NCBI RefSeq assembly: GCF_009914755.1
Contig: NC_060942.1
Reading direction: 5' to 3' (one strand)
Length of the DNA stretch: 64,000 nt
Source of the DNA: the human T2T-CHM13v2.0 reference genome, Homo sapiens
Position numbers and translations under genes: made by a program. Below, piece after piece: positions 40,331 to 53,745 of the stretch. Position 1 is the stretch's first letter; every line of letters starts with the position of its first letter. The notes beneath the pieces were generated by a model. The model was given only the letters and a program-made list of their open reading frames with translations, searched no databases and was not told where the DNA came from.

Positions 40331-41101
40331 AAAATGTATAAGTACAAATTTTAAAAACCTAAAATATTAATATGATAGCAATGTAAAGGTATTAAATAAA
40401 AAACTAAGTCAATTAATAAAAAGCAATCTTAGTCACAATCCTGACCTTCACTCTAACATTAATATTGCCAGACATTTAAAATTTATACATTTGAATGATA
40501 GTTAAAATTTACATATGAGCAATATATAAATTTAAAGCACTTTGAAATGAGATTACTTTTCATTCTATTTTGTTTTAGACATTTTCTAAAATATTATTTA
40601 TTGTTAATTTAAAAATAATATAATTATTCTCAAAGTAATTCATGTTTTCTGAAATTCTATTTAGACTTTCAGAATTATTCACAAATCATAAGAAGCATTT
40701 ATACTTGTAAGTATTATTCTAAGGTTTTCTGAAAGGTCAAATCTAATTATAATGAAGAACAATTTGAGCAAAATACAATCATGAGACATAAAATAATGGT
40801 TTTTCTAACCATTCCCAGCAAAATAAGGTAGAGAAAGCTAAATCCTTTCCTTATAAAAATAAAATGAAATAAAATATAAGTCCACATGAACTACCCAATG
40901 ATATAACCATATTATACGATCATGATGCTGGGTAAATTTTTATCTGAATTAAAGCATAATATAAAAATAGAAAAGAAGATTTTAAAAAGTATATAATTAA
41001 AAAGACATATTTCACTTGCAAAATTAACCATTACACTTACTTTTAAAATATGCATAGACTAATAGCAAACAATTCAACAAAAAGGCCTAAAATAATTATA
41101 C

Positions 41102-41399
41102 TTTTATTTTTAATTTTTGAGACACTCACTCTGTCAACCAGGCTGGAGTGGTATGGCATGATTATAATTTACTGCAGCCTCATACTCGTGGGCTCATGCA
41201 ATCCTCCTGTTTTAGCCTCCCAAGCAGCTGCAACCACAGGTGTGCACCACCACACCTGGCTAATTTTTAATTTTTATTTTCGTAGAGATGGGGTCTTGCT
41301 ATGTTTCCCAGGCTAGTCTTGAACTCCTGGCCTCAAGCAATGCTCTTCCCTTGGCCTCCCAAAATCTGGGAGCACAGGCCTGAACCACTTCCATGGGCC
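41102..41399 (-). mobile_element. AluJ
   Basis: Diverged antisense Alu with J diagnostics (GGGTCTTGCTATGTT, CTCCTGGCCTCAAGCAA). Confidence 0.9.
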
Positions 41400-42117
41400 A
41401 AAAATAAATAAATTATCCATAATATGAAACAAACACAGTAAAAACAGCTAAATACAAATTAGTTTGTTGTTCACCTTGTCTATTCCAAAGAGTAGAAACA
41501 CTGACAACATTCAACAATGATATAAGGGTGCCGAAAATGCTCTTTAATGCTCTTTAAATACCCTTTAATGCTCAGTAGTAGTCCAATGTTGGAGTTACAC
41601 ACATTTATATTTTAAGCAACACGAAGTTAAATGCTAAGTTTGCAATAAGAAAGAACATTTCAACAAAATCAATGTTTGGAAGAGGTCTAGAAATCACACA
41701 AATATAACTTTGTCACTGATGATGGGTTCTTTCCTTGACTAATCTTTCCAAATTTATGTTTATCTCAGTAGAAGTTAACTCTTTAACAACAATATTTGAC
41801 GTTTAAAAAATTTTTGCCAAATCAAGGCAAAGCCTTTCAAACTCTCATATTAAATAGATGATAGACAACAACGAAAGTTTATCTGACATTATAACCCACA
41901 TCTAAAATCTTTCACATTGTATAGATTTGACCTGACCCAAATTTTGCCCTCCCAACACTCAGATGCCACCAATCACATTAGTATGTATTATAGTTCTGGT
42001 ATTCATTAATTTTAGCAACTTCTACTCCCATTTTTGTGTTTTCTTAGCTGATATTACAAGTCAAGACGATACCATTTTTTAAATACAAAAATGAGATGTG
42101 CTAGTTTCTCCATTTGC

Positions 42118-45100
42118 AAAGAAACCAGCACAAGAATTCTGGCACCATGAAAAATCTGAATACAGTGAAACCACAAAAAGACCGCACTAGCTCTCCAGCA
42201 ATGATCCCTAACTGAAATGGAAACTCAAAATGACAGATAAAGAATTAAATCATGGATTGCAGGAAGCTCAATGAGATCCAAGACAAAGTTGAAAATCAGC
42301 ATAAATAAACTTATAAAGCAATCCAAGAAATGAAGGAAGAGATAAACAGTAAAAAAAAAAAAAAAAAAAAAGTATTCTGAACTTCTGGAGTTAAAAAACT
42401 CATTTAAGGAGTTTTTATAATACAATTGAAAGTTTTATCAATAGACTGAACCAAGCAGAAGAAAGAATTTCAGAGCTTAAAGGTCTTTCAAACTAACTCA
42501 CTCAGACAAAAATAAAAAAGAATGTTAAAAAAACAGTGTTTTAGAAATATGGGATTATATAACATGACTAAACCTACAATGTATTGGTATTCCTGAGAGA
42601 GAAAGAAAAAGTTAAAAACCTAGAAAATATACTTGATGGAACAATTAATGAAAATATCCCTAATGTTGCTAGAGGTTGACATCCAGATACAATAAATACA
42701 CAGAACACCAATGAGATATTATACAAAACAAACATGACCAATGTATATAGTTACCAGACTGTCCAAGGTCAACACTGAGTTAGAAAGCCTTAAAGGCAGC
42801 TAGAGAAAATGGTCAGATCAAATACAAAGGAAACCCCATCAGGCTAACAGCAGACTTTTCAGCTGAAACCTTACAAGCCAGAAGAGATTGGGAGTCTATT
42901 TTAAGCATTTTTAAAGAAAAGAAATTCCAACCAAGAATTTCATATCCTGCCAAACTAAGCTTCCTAAGTCAAGGAGAAATAAAATGTTTTCCAGACAAGC
43001 AAGTACTAACAGAACTTGTCTTATGTTGGTTACCATAAGACAAGCTTTACAATAGATCCCTAAGGGTTTTAAACGTGTAAACAAAAGAACAATACCTCCT
43101 ACCACAAAAACATGCTTAAGTACATAGCCCTCAGACCCTATAAAGCCACCAGCCTAACAACCTCACAATAGGATCAAAACTTCAAATCTCAATATTAACC
43201 TTGAATGTAAGCCAGCCTAAATGCCCCACTTAGAAGGGACAGAATGGCAAGTTGGATAAAAAATAAAAGCCATCTGTCTGCTGTCTTCAAGAGACCTACT
43301 TCAAATGTAAAGATGCCCAATAGGCTCAAAGTATAGGGTTGAATAAAAATCCACCATGCAAATGGAAAGCAAAAAAGAGCAAATAAGAATGATAAGATAT
43401 TACTACTCTTGTATCAGATAAAAAAGACTAAACCAAGAACATAAAAAGGCATGAAGATGGGCATTACATAATGTCAACGGGTTCAAATCAACAAGAAGAA
43501 TTAACTATCCTAAATATACATGCATGCAAAATGGGAGCAACCAGATTCATAAAACAACTACTTCTAGACTCACAAAAGGACTTAGACCACCCTACAATAA
43601 TAGTGGGGGACTTAACACCCCACTGACAGCATTTGACAGATCATTGAAGCAGAAAATTAACAAGAAATTCTGAACATAAAATTGACACTTAAACAATAGG
43701 ACCTAATAGATTCAGAACACTCTACTCATCACCCAAAAAATACACATTCTTCTCGTCCACACATAGAACATGTTCCAAGATCAATCACATGATCAGCCAT
43801 AAGGCAAGTCTCAATAAATTCAAAAACACCAAAATCTTACCAACCATAATCTTGTACTACAGTGGAATAAAAATAGATATCAATACCCCCCCCAAAAAAT
43901 CCTCCCAAACCATACAATTAGATGAAAGTTAAACCACTTGATCCTGAAAGATTTTTGGATAAATAACAAAATTCAAGCAGAAATAAAAAAATTCTTTAAA
44001 ATAAATTAAAACAGACATTCCAAAATTTCTAGGATACAGCAGAAGCAATGCTAAGAGAAAAGTTTATAGTGCTAAACGCCTACTCAAAAAATTAGAAAGA
44101 TCTCAAATTAATGATCTGACATCACACCTAGAGGAACTAGAAAGACAAGAACACACTAACCCCAGGTCTAGCAGAAGAAAAGAAATATCTAAAATCAGAG
44201 CAGAACTGAATGAAACTGAGACTCAGAAATCCACACAAAGAATCAACTAACCCAAAAGTGGGTTGTGGAAAGGAGAAACAAGGTCTATAAAACACTAGCT
44301 AGCTCAACAATGAAAAAGAGAGAAAAATCCAATAAACACCATCAGAAACAACAAAGGTGACATTGCAACCAGTCCTTCGGAAATACAAAGGATCCTCAGA
44401 GACTACTATGATCACCTCTATATTAACAAACTAGAAAATCCAGAAGAAATGGATAATTCCCAGAAATGCACAACCTTCCAAGTCTGAATCAGGAACAAAA
44501 AACACTGATAAAAGATATCATAGATTGGAACAAACAAATGGAAAAACATCCCGCGCTCATGAATTGGAAGAATCAATATCATTAAAATGGCAATACAGTC
44601 CAAAGCAAGCTATAGATTCAATGCTCTATCATGCAACAATGTCATTTTCTTCACAGAACTACAAAAAGCTATGCAAACATTTATATGGAAGCAAAAAGGA
44701 GCCCAAATTGTCAAAGCAATCTTCAGCAAAAAGAACAAAGCCAGAAGCATCACATTACCTGACTTTAAACTACACTATTCGGCTATAGTAGTCAAAACAA
44801 CATAACACTGGTTAAAACAAACAAACAAACAAAAAAAGCTAGAAACATAAACCAATGGAACAAAGTAGAAAACCAGAAATAAAGCCACACACCTACAGGT
44901 GTCTGATTTTCAATACAGTTGACAAAAATAAGCAATCAGGAAAGAAGTCCTTAATTAATGGTGCTGGGATAGTTAACTAGCTATATGCAAAGAGTGAAAC
45001 TGGACTCCTACATTTCACCGTATACAAAATTTAACTCAAGATGGACTAGAGATTTAAATATAACACCTCAAACTGTAATAATCCTAGTGGAAATCCTAGG

Positions 45101-45535
45101 AAACACTATTCTGGCCATTGGCCTTGGAAAATAATGTATGTCTACGTCTTCAAAAGCAATTGCAACCAAAACAAAAATTCACAAGTGAGGCCCGGTTAAA
45201 CTAAAGAGCATTTGAACAGCAGAATAAACTGTCAACAGAATAAACAGATAACCTACAGGATAGGAGAATTTGTTCACAAACTATGCATTTGAGAAAGTTC
45301 TAATATTGAGAAACTATAAAGAACTTAACAAGCAAAAAACAAATAACCCCATTAAAATATCAAGAAAAACATGAACAGACATCTCAATAGAAGATATACA
45401 AGCAGCCAAAAAAAAAGAAAAAAAATGCTCAACATGACTAATCATTGGCGAAATGAAAACAAAACCACAATGAGACACCATCTCACGCCAATAAGAAAGA
45501 CTATTATTGAAAAGTCAAAAAATAAAAAAACCAAC
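42118..45535 (+). mobile_element. L1PA15/16-L1PB-like element: ORF1 and ORF2 with internal ~1 kb deletion of the RT core, both ends truncated
   Basis: ORF1 start AACCAGCACAAGAATTCTGGCACCATGAAAAATCTG; EN start ATATTAACCTTGAATGTAA at ~43192; junction at 44495/44496; ORF-track fragments 44587-44805 are ORF2-like. Confidence 0.92.
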
Positions 45536-45570
45536 AATAAAAGAGAAAATACCATTTCTTATGAAAGTTT

Positions 45571-45690
45571 CACTTATTCAATTAAGAAACGTTTATTGAG
45601 TACGTATGAGTTAGTACTATTTTTGCATTTTGGAGAATAGAAATTTAAACGAGATTATTTCTTTGTTCTTGAAGATATTACAATATAGTT
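45571..45690 (-). mobile_element. L2 3' tip
   Basis: TTATTCAATTAAGAAACGTTTATTGAGTAC.TATG. Confidence 0.45.
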
Positions 45691-46159
45691 AAAATATAAG
45701 GCAGATGTATGTATCATATATAATGAATGCCTCAACGAGTGTCTGTACAAATTTATATGCTAGAATAGGCATTGGATAACTTGTTTTAAAATGCAATCAA
45801 AAATAATAATTAATTTGTTTGTAATTACTGTTGTTGAGGGGTATGAAATGCATGCATATACTAATTTAATAAGTACAGAATATGCAAAGACCAAAAAATA
45901 TAGGAGATCAATCAATAACATATTGCGAAAAAGAAAACATTAGCTATGCTTGATAAATGAGATGTCTGAATTTTTTGGATATAATATGGCAAGTTGAATG
46001 AAAACAGTTGGTAGAAATTCTTAAACCAATAATCCCCGTGATAGCCATGATCACAAATTATTCTATTACTTTTAGTGTTATTGAAAGTGTTGCTGAAAAT
46101 AAAATGAATCCTTAGCTCTACACCATCTATATTAGTAAATTTAATCTGGTAGAATGAGT

Positions 46160-46359
46160 TGGAGACTGCTACTTCTGTATGCCAATTGCCGTAATCAGGA
46201 CAAACCTGAAGGTTTCCCTTTTTATTCACTGTGAAGCTTTCCACTCCCCTGCCGCCTTTAAGTCTCTGTGAAACACAAGATGCTGATGCCCTTAGTTTAC
46301 CAAGCTCAGAATGAAATTTCTGCTTGTTCTCATTTGTGTGGTCTTTGTTTATGTCCACA
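46160..46359 (+). mobile_element. MER67-like ERV1 LTR 3' end
   Basis: AAGCTTTCCACTCCCCTGCC.CCTTT..GTCTCTG; TGCTTGTTCTCATTTG..TGGTCTT..TTTATGTCCACA. Confidence 0.65.
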
Positions 46360-46465
46360 ATGGAAATGAAAGCAAGGATGTCAAAAGGGGCAATGCCAAA
46401 GCAAACAAAGAGGTTTTAGCGATTATTTAAATAAAAGGTTTAGAGAATGGTTGAAATAATGGTTA

Positions 46466-46655
46466 GAATATTGCAATATTCCAATTACTCATAATATTGT
46501 AAGTATTATGTCATATCAGGGAATATTGCAATTATTGTATAATATTAGGGAATATTATAATTGCAGTGTTACAGAATATTCCATAATAATCGTGATGCAA
46601 AATTGTGGAATATTATAATTGCAATATTATTTTAGTTACAACATTATGAATATTG
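46466..46655. repeat. AATATT-based patchwork of direct and inverted repeats
   Basis: Ten AATATT hexamers in ~190 bp; exact 17-mer repeat; 16-bp palindrome. Confidence 0.85.
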
Positions 46656-47539
46656 GAGTTTCCAAGCAGGGATATTTAAGGCAAACATGTTCTATATGTT
46701 AAGACTGGTTAAGTCAAATTTTTTAGTCCCAAATATAACTCTTTGAATATATAGTTGATATTTTCCCTAATTCAAATACTTTAATAGTTATTTTAAAATG
46801 TATTCATTAAAGATATCATACACTTTGATATTTTCTCTTCCAATCATCCCCAATATGAATAACATTAGGCACTGATAAGAATCCAATCGCCCTTCCTCAT
46901 TGCACGTTATACTCTGTCCTCCTATGGAGTTCTGATATATGAAAAGCATATTGGACAATTCGTCGTAGTTTTATTCAAAAATAAGAAAATATTATATACA
47001 TAGACCTAGAGTGGGCACAAACTCAAATTTTAGGGCTTCTGTTTCTATCTGTCTGAAAAGCAGTACTTTTAAATGCTTTATTTGTAAAAAGAAAATCACT
47101 TTTTCCTTTCAAAATATATTAATGATGATACCATAAAGCAGCTGATATCACATGTGGAAATGGTATTGTTTTGGCACATTTATATGATGAAGCTCTCTAA
47201 GGCTGCACGAGAATGATCAGTTTAGGGAATAAATGTTCTAAATGTCTAACTGTGATACTGATCAAGTTTGCTGGTGGCTCCTGGGTTTGCATTTTCATGA
47301 CCATGGGAAGGGACCACATGGAGTTGCCCTGTTTGCTTTTCTGAGGCTGTCTTTGGACATAATTGCTTCTTGTTATTTTTTTCCTCTTTAATCAGGCACA
47401 TGACTTACACCCTAACACACATATAAAATCTCTGTCTCCAATTCTATGCCCATTTTGGTCCATTTATGAGCATCTGGTAAGAGTCCAAAAGCAGTGGAAA
47501 ACCATTTAGAAAATATTTTTCACAGTTGAATCTCATGTT

Positions 47540-47554
47540 TTATATATATATATG

Positions 47555-47586
<32 letters not shown>
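47540..47586. repeat. (TA)n(TG)n microsatellite
   Basis: Direct reading. Confidence 0.92.
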
Positions 47587-49719
47587 AAGCTTATGAAACA
47601 CTAAATAAAATTATGTAAATATTCTGAATTTAAGACAATGTATTACATAAAATTGCATATTCTTCCTGTTTCCACTCAAAGAATATGCAAACTCCATTTA
47701 CAGTGAAAAATAGCAATATGGTTTTTGAAAATGATTGGAATGCTTTAAACATGTTTATATTAAAAATATATATCTTATTTTTAAGGAGATTATATTTCAA
47801 ACATTTATTAATATTTTGATTGGCTTTAAAAAGTCAATTTCATAAGGATGGATCATTGTTAATGTATATTCTATTGAGGAATTTATGTGTACTGTTTTTG
47901 AAATAAACAAAATGTTTGTTTGAGGTTAATGTATGTGGCAACCAAGGAAAATGTGTCTTGCATTCACTGTTCTCCATCTTGTTTTATTACTTGAGGAGTT
48001 TTACCAAAGATTATGAGAAGTGTAAGTCCCTGAGTGATTTTTTGTCACTTAAAAACTATTAAAATTACAGTTACTCAAGTGCCATTTTAAAACTCATCTA
48101 TTTAAATGATTCTTTGTACCTCAAATAAATTGTTCCGTGCAATGAAGCAGCATCTTCAGACATAATTCACCTTTGCTCTATTGATTCAGAATCAAGTTGA
48201 TACCCTCTATTTTCCTGGAAAAATGTTCACTTGAAGTACTCTAATACATATGTCCTGTTTTCATGTCCAAAAAGCTTTAGAAAAATATTTACTGAAAAAT
48301 AAACATATGTAACTGTATTGTGAAATCAAGGATCATTTAGTAAACTTTATCTGAAATAAATGCCTCTTTGGCTAAAATTTATGTTTGAAATTAAATCTAG
48401 ATCCCTGGCTTTATGTACCCCAAAATAAATAATTATTTTGTGACATGTTTTGCATTTTTAAAATTTCTACAATCATATAGCCTGACAACTTATTCTCCTT
48501 AAACTGGCAAATCCAAAAACACAGGGCAGAGGTTAAATCATCTATATCAGATATTCAAGGGCTATATAGTTTATCCAAGTATATACTTTATTCCCCCCAG
48601 GGAAAAGGGACACAGAAGTTAAACTTTAAAATTTCTCTCTTAATTGCTGTGTTATTAAACCTATCCTTGATCTCAGTATAAGTTTTCATGAAAACATCTG
48701 ACTTCATCAATTCCCCAATCCATATTTTTATTCTTCATTCCCTCTTTAATGGTTCAAGATTTTCTTATTTTTACAGGTAACCATGTGACCTTCGAGTGAT
48801 ATTCCTAGGTCGCTATTCCCAAATAAACTTCTTTCTAAATCATAATGGAAAACATTTTTATTACAAAGCAAATATGTATAATTATTTGCTAAGAAGTAAA
48901 TTAAAAGTTATTTATCTCCCCCTGATTTTTAATCATGTTTCTTATATACTCAAAAAGAAATTACCTTGTTACAATTTTGTGTTCTTTTTTCTATGTATTT
49001 TGTAAAATCAGGATATATATGTTACATATTATTAAGGACATGGCTTTATTATTTTACATTATTATGGGCCTCTTTCTTTGGTAAGCATACGGATATGTAT
49101 GATAACTATATCACATTTCGTCTTATGAGTTACCATAATAGGTTAACTTTTTACCCTTTGCTGGGTATTCAAGTTTTTTTCCAGGGCTGGATTACAATTA
49201 ACACTGTAACAAACATTGTTAAGATAATTATTTATGTATTTTCTATCTCTAAGTCTTATTAAAAGTGGATGTGTATAGGTTTCATTGAACAGGCAAGACT
49301 AAATGATAATCCTAAAATCAATTTTACTTTTGTTTCCAGCACTCAAGAGAGTGTTGATACTTGCCCTAGGGGATATTTATTGCCCTGTAACTGGAAAAAA
49401 ATTTTAGTAGCCTGAATGAACTTTATGATCACTGTTAAGTAACAAAAAAGCTCCAGTTAATTGAATTTATAAACCATGTCATTTCAGTAATTAAAATTGT
49501 CCACATTATAATCAAATCTAAATTTGATTATTTTCCATGTAAATCAGCTTTCCTTTCTGTTCTTCCTTGCCGTAATGAAAACTGAATTTTCTGACCCTTT
49601 GGTGTACGGTAGTCAGATTAAATGCAGGATGTCCAGTTCACTTTTAATTTAAGAGAACATTTCTTTAGTATTAGTATGTCCTACGTAACGTACAAAATAT
49701 ACTCATAATAAAAAATATC

Positions 49720-50387
<668 letters not shown>

Positions 50388-50494
50388 ATTTGCAGATAAT
50401 TTATCTGTTGTCCCTATTTTTGGAATGAGTACCACAAACAGGGATAAAGGAAGATAAAAAGTAAACTATTTATTTGACTGATATGCTTACAATT

Positions 50495-50891
50495 TGATTT
50501 CATGCTTTTATAGCCCCAGCTGCGCACCCCCAAAATTCACAGGAATGTATTCTGAGATAGGGATTTTAGGAGGTTATTAAGGTTAAATGAGATCATAAAG
50601 ATGAGCTCTTCAACTGATAAAATTGGTAGCCTTTTAAGAAGAAGACGAGAGAGAGAACTCTCACACGCTCTCTCTGGTCTCCATGTGCATGCACCAAGGA
50701 AAGACTATTTCAGGCCCTAGTGAGAAAGGAGTCATCCAAAAACCAAGAGAAAAGGATGCACCAGGAAATGAATTGGTCAGCACCCTGATCTTGGACTTCC
50801 AGCCTCCAGAACAGCGAGAAAAATACATTTCTATTGTTTAAGCCACTCAGTCTGTGGTATTCTATTATGGCAGCCCGAGCCGACTAGGATA
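50495..50891 (+). mobile_element. MLT1A0-like MaLR LTR
   Basis: TTAAGGTTAAATGAGATCATAAG; GCACCCTGATCTTGGACTTCCAGCCTCCAGAAC; GTTTAAGCCACTCAGTCTGTGGTATT. Confidence 0.88.
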
Positions 50892-51486
50892 CCTGCATTC
50901 TGCTTACAGCAGATGTTTAAATGGACTCTATAGTCCATTTAACGCTCTGGTCGGAAAATGCCTTTTCTGAACTGTCCTTTCTGCAGCACATGGACTAGGT
51001 GCTGCCTCTGTTGCATGTATCCTTCCTAATCCTCTTGGAGAGGATCTAATAACCTGACTGAGAGCCAACGTTCCCATTAGAATTAGTATTGAGCCTGGTT
51101 CCCAGGTTTCACGGAATTTTGGTCCATGGTCAGGAATGGTCTGTTCTTTTCCCAAAGCATCTCTTTCACAGCTGCCTGTGTCTTCCGTCAGTTTAATTTT
51201 TTCAGACCTGAATTAGGCACAACTACAATATAGCCCCCCACCTGCAGAAAACACTTCTCATTCCATGAGTTTCCCCCGAAGCCCTTTTTCTAGACTTTGA
51301 GTTAAGTGTTAGCATCTGATTGCTCTTATTATCCTTTCTCAGAATTAAATGTAACCAATTTTTGTTTTATTCAAGACAACTTTACAAATCCTATTTTTTT
51401 AAAAAAAAATTCTTTCTAAATTAAAACCAAACAGACTCATTTGACTAAAAACGTCTCAGGAATTACTTTTAAATCTTCACGTGGTA

Positions 51487-51653
51487 GCAGGGCATAGTGG
51501 TACATGCCTGTAGTCCCACCTCTTCAGAAGGCTAAGGCGAGAGAATCACCTGAGCCCAGGAGGTTGAGGCTGCAGTGAACGGTGACTGCACTACTGCACT
51601 CCAGCCTGGGTGACAGAGTGAGACCCTGTCTCAAAAAATAAATTAATAAAAAA
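51487..51653 (+). mobile_element. FRAM-like free right Alu monomer (or 5'-truncated AluJ)
   Basis: Single right arm with A tail; TSD AAATCTTCAC(G/A)TG(G/A)TA at 51471-51486 and 51654-51669. Confidence 0.88.
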
Positions 51654-52431
51654 AAATCTTCACATGATATTCTATCTCCCACCTTACATTAAAACATCCA
51701 AATTAATAATCTGATGCAATGGAGTTGTTAAGTCAAAGTATGTGCACATCTGTATATTAAGAAAGCATTTGGCTGGAAATATAAAAACTTCCAACAATCA
51801 ATCACCAACCTAAAGAGTGCACATGTTCCAGCTGAGGGATATGAAGGTGGACATTTCAGATTAGTATATGCGTGTAAATATATTAAGAGAAAATTATGCT
51901 CTTTCTGGTTTCCTGCTTTTGATCTTTATTGTGTTGGTTTTGTCTTCATGGTTGCAGACTGGATGTTCTACCTTGAGACAGTGTTTCTTCATTCTAGGAA
52001 AGAAGCTGAAGAAAGGAGGACAGTATGGAAGTTAAGTCTTCCATATAACAGGTTTTCATTTTGCTTTTATTTAATAAATATCTCCTATGTAATTATATAA
52101 TACAGTATATAAGAATCAGAAATACAATCCTACCCTATAGGCTTGTACTACTGATTTTCTTAATCGTAGATGAGGTATGTTAGGTCAGTCTTCTTACTGC
52201 ACACAACTAAAAAGACTAGATGTCATACTTAAAAAATTATTCTCCAAAACACTAGAGGATAAACATGATAAAGAACAGTTACCTGGAAATACATGGATTT
52301 CAAAAATAGTTTTATAAAAAAAGTTGAAAACCAATCTAAATGGCTGTCAAGTGAACATTTAATAAACTGCAAAAGTTGATAAATAAAAGATTCACATATC
52401 AATATAGATAAATATAAAAATCTAATTTTGA

Positions 52432-52722
52432 GGCTGGGCACGGTGGCTCACACCTGTAATCCCAGGGCTTTGGGAGGCCGAGAGGAGCAGATCACTTGAG
52501 GTCAGGAGTTTGAGACCAGCCTGACCATCATGGTAAAACCTTGTTTCTACTAAAAATACAAAAATTAGCCTAGCCTGGTTGCATGAGCCTGTGATCCCAG
52601 CTACTCAGGAGACTGAGACATACAGAATCATTTGAACCCGGAAGGTGGAGGTTGCAGTGAGCTGAGATGGTGCCACTGCTCTTCAGCCTGGGTGACAGAG
52701 TGAGATTCTGTCTCAAAAAAAT
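52432..52722 (+). mobile_element. AluS
   Basis: Sense Alu; TSD AAAAATCT(A/C)ATTTTGA at 52416-52431 and 52723-52738. Confidence 0.94.
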
Positions 52723-52759
52723 AAAAATCTCATTTTGAAGTAATATGTTGCAAATGAAC

Positions 52760-53188
52760 ACTTTATTCACTTCTTTCAATGTATTGAGGACCTATTATAG
52801 TCCAAACTTTGTGTCCAGGGTTGGATATAAAACTGGTAGGAAACCGACATATATCCTAACAGGGAGGGTAGAAAGTCTCTCCAAGGTAATAATTATTGAA
52901 GCTATTATCAGACAAAACGAGGACAACTGATGAAGCTACATCTGGGAGAAATACATGCCATGCCTGTCTAAGGAGGATGAGGACCAGCATGTGGCCAGAG
53001 AAGAGGGAGTGTGGGAGAGTGGTGGCCAGCATTCTGGAGGCAAAGACGGAGGCTCGACCACACAGGACCTTGCAGGCCATGACAGCATTATTGCATATTG
53101 TTCTGAAGCGTTCCGTCTATCTAAGACCTAACTAATACAGTATTTTGGTCAGGGAAAAACCAAGTCCAATTGGTATTTTAGAAGATCT
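52760..53188 (-). mobile_element. L2 3' region
   Basis: TGTATTGAGGACCTATTAT; GACCACACAGGACCTTGCAGGCCATG; TATTTTAGAAGATC. Confidence 0.6.
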
Positions 53189-53189
53189 A

Positions 53190-53745
53190 ATTTTTATTGT
53201 TTCCTTTTTCCTGCTTGCTTTGGGCTTAAATTGCTCTTCTCTAATTTGCTAAGGTAGAAGATTAGCTTTTGATTTTTGATTTATTGTTTGCATATATATG
53301 CACAAAATGATATAAGTTTCCCCTCTGCTAGAGCCATAGGGTTTTATTCGTGTCTCTTCACAGTGAGATCTTGTAAGGTCTTTACTTCGAGGAAGTAAAA
53401 CCCAGGAGCTTGAGGGGACCACCCTAAGCCTACAGCCCCAAGAAGTTCTCCTCTCTCATGAGTCCACACTTGGCCTCCAGTAAATAATGCAATGACCATT
53501 TATTTACCTGTTCCTATCAGTTTATGCTTCTGGCAGCTTTGCTCCAGTGAGCTAATCTCTTGTGAGAGTCTCTGTTTCCCCCTATCTCTTCAGATGGCGT
53601 GGTGGTAGTTTTTGCTGTGCCTTCAGTTATTTGATGGATCTAATAAAAAGTTTGAATATTTAGCTATTTACCTCTTTTCTTCTCGTCAGTATGGAACTGA
53701 CACCTTATAAGCTCTTTACATATTGGAACTTAAAAAAGAAATCTC
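53190..53745 (-). mobile_element. Old L1M fragments (ORF2 piece 53190-53328, then L1MD/ME 5' UTR)
   Basis: TGCTTGCTTTGGGCTTAAATTGCTCTTCT..TAAGGTAGAAG.TTAG; AAGCTCTTTACATATTGGAAC..AAA. Confidence 0.55.

Noticed and set aside
45912-46358. 148-aa ORF
   Set aside because: Starts within an antisense MER67-like LTR; no recognisable domain or splice context
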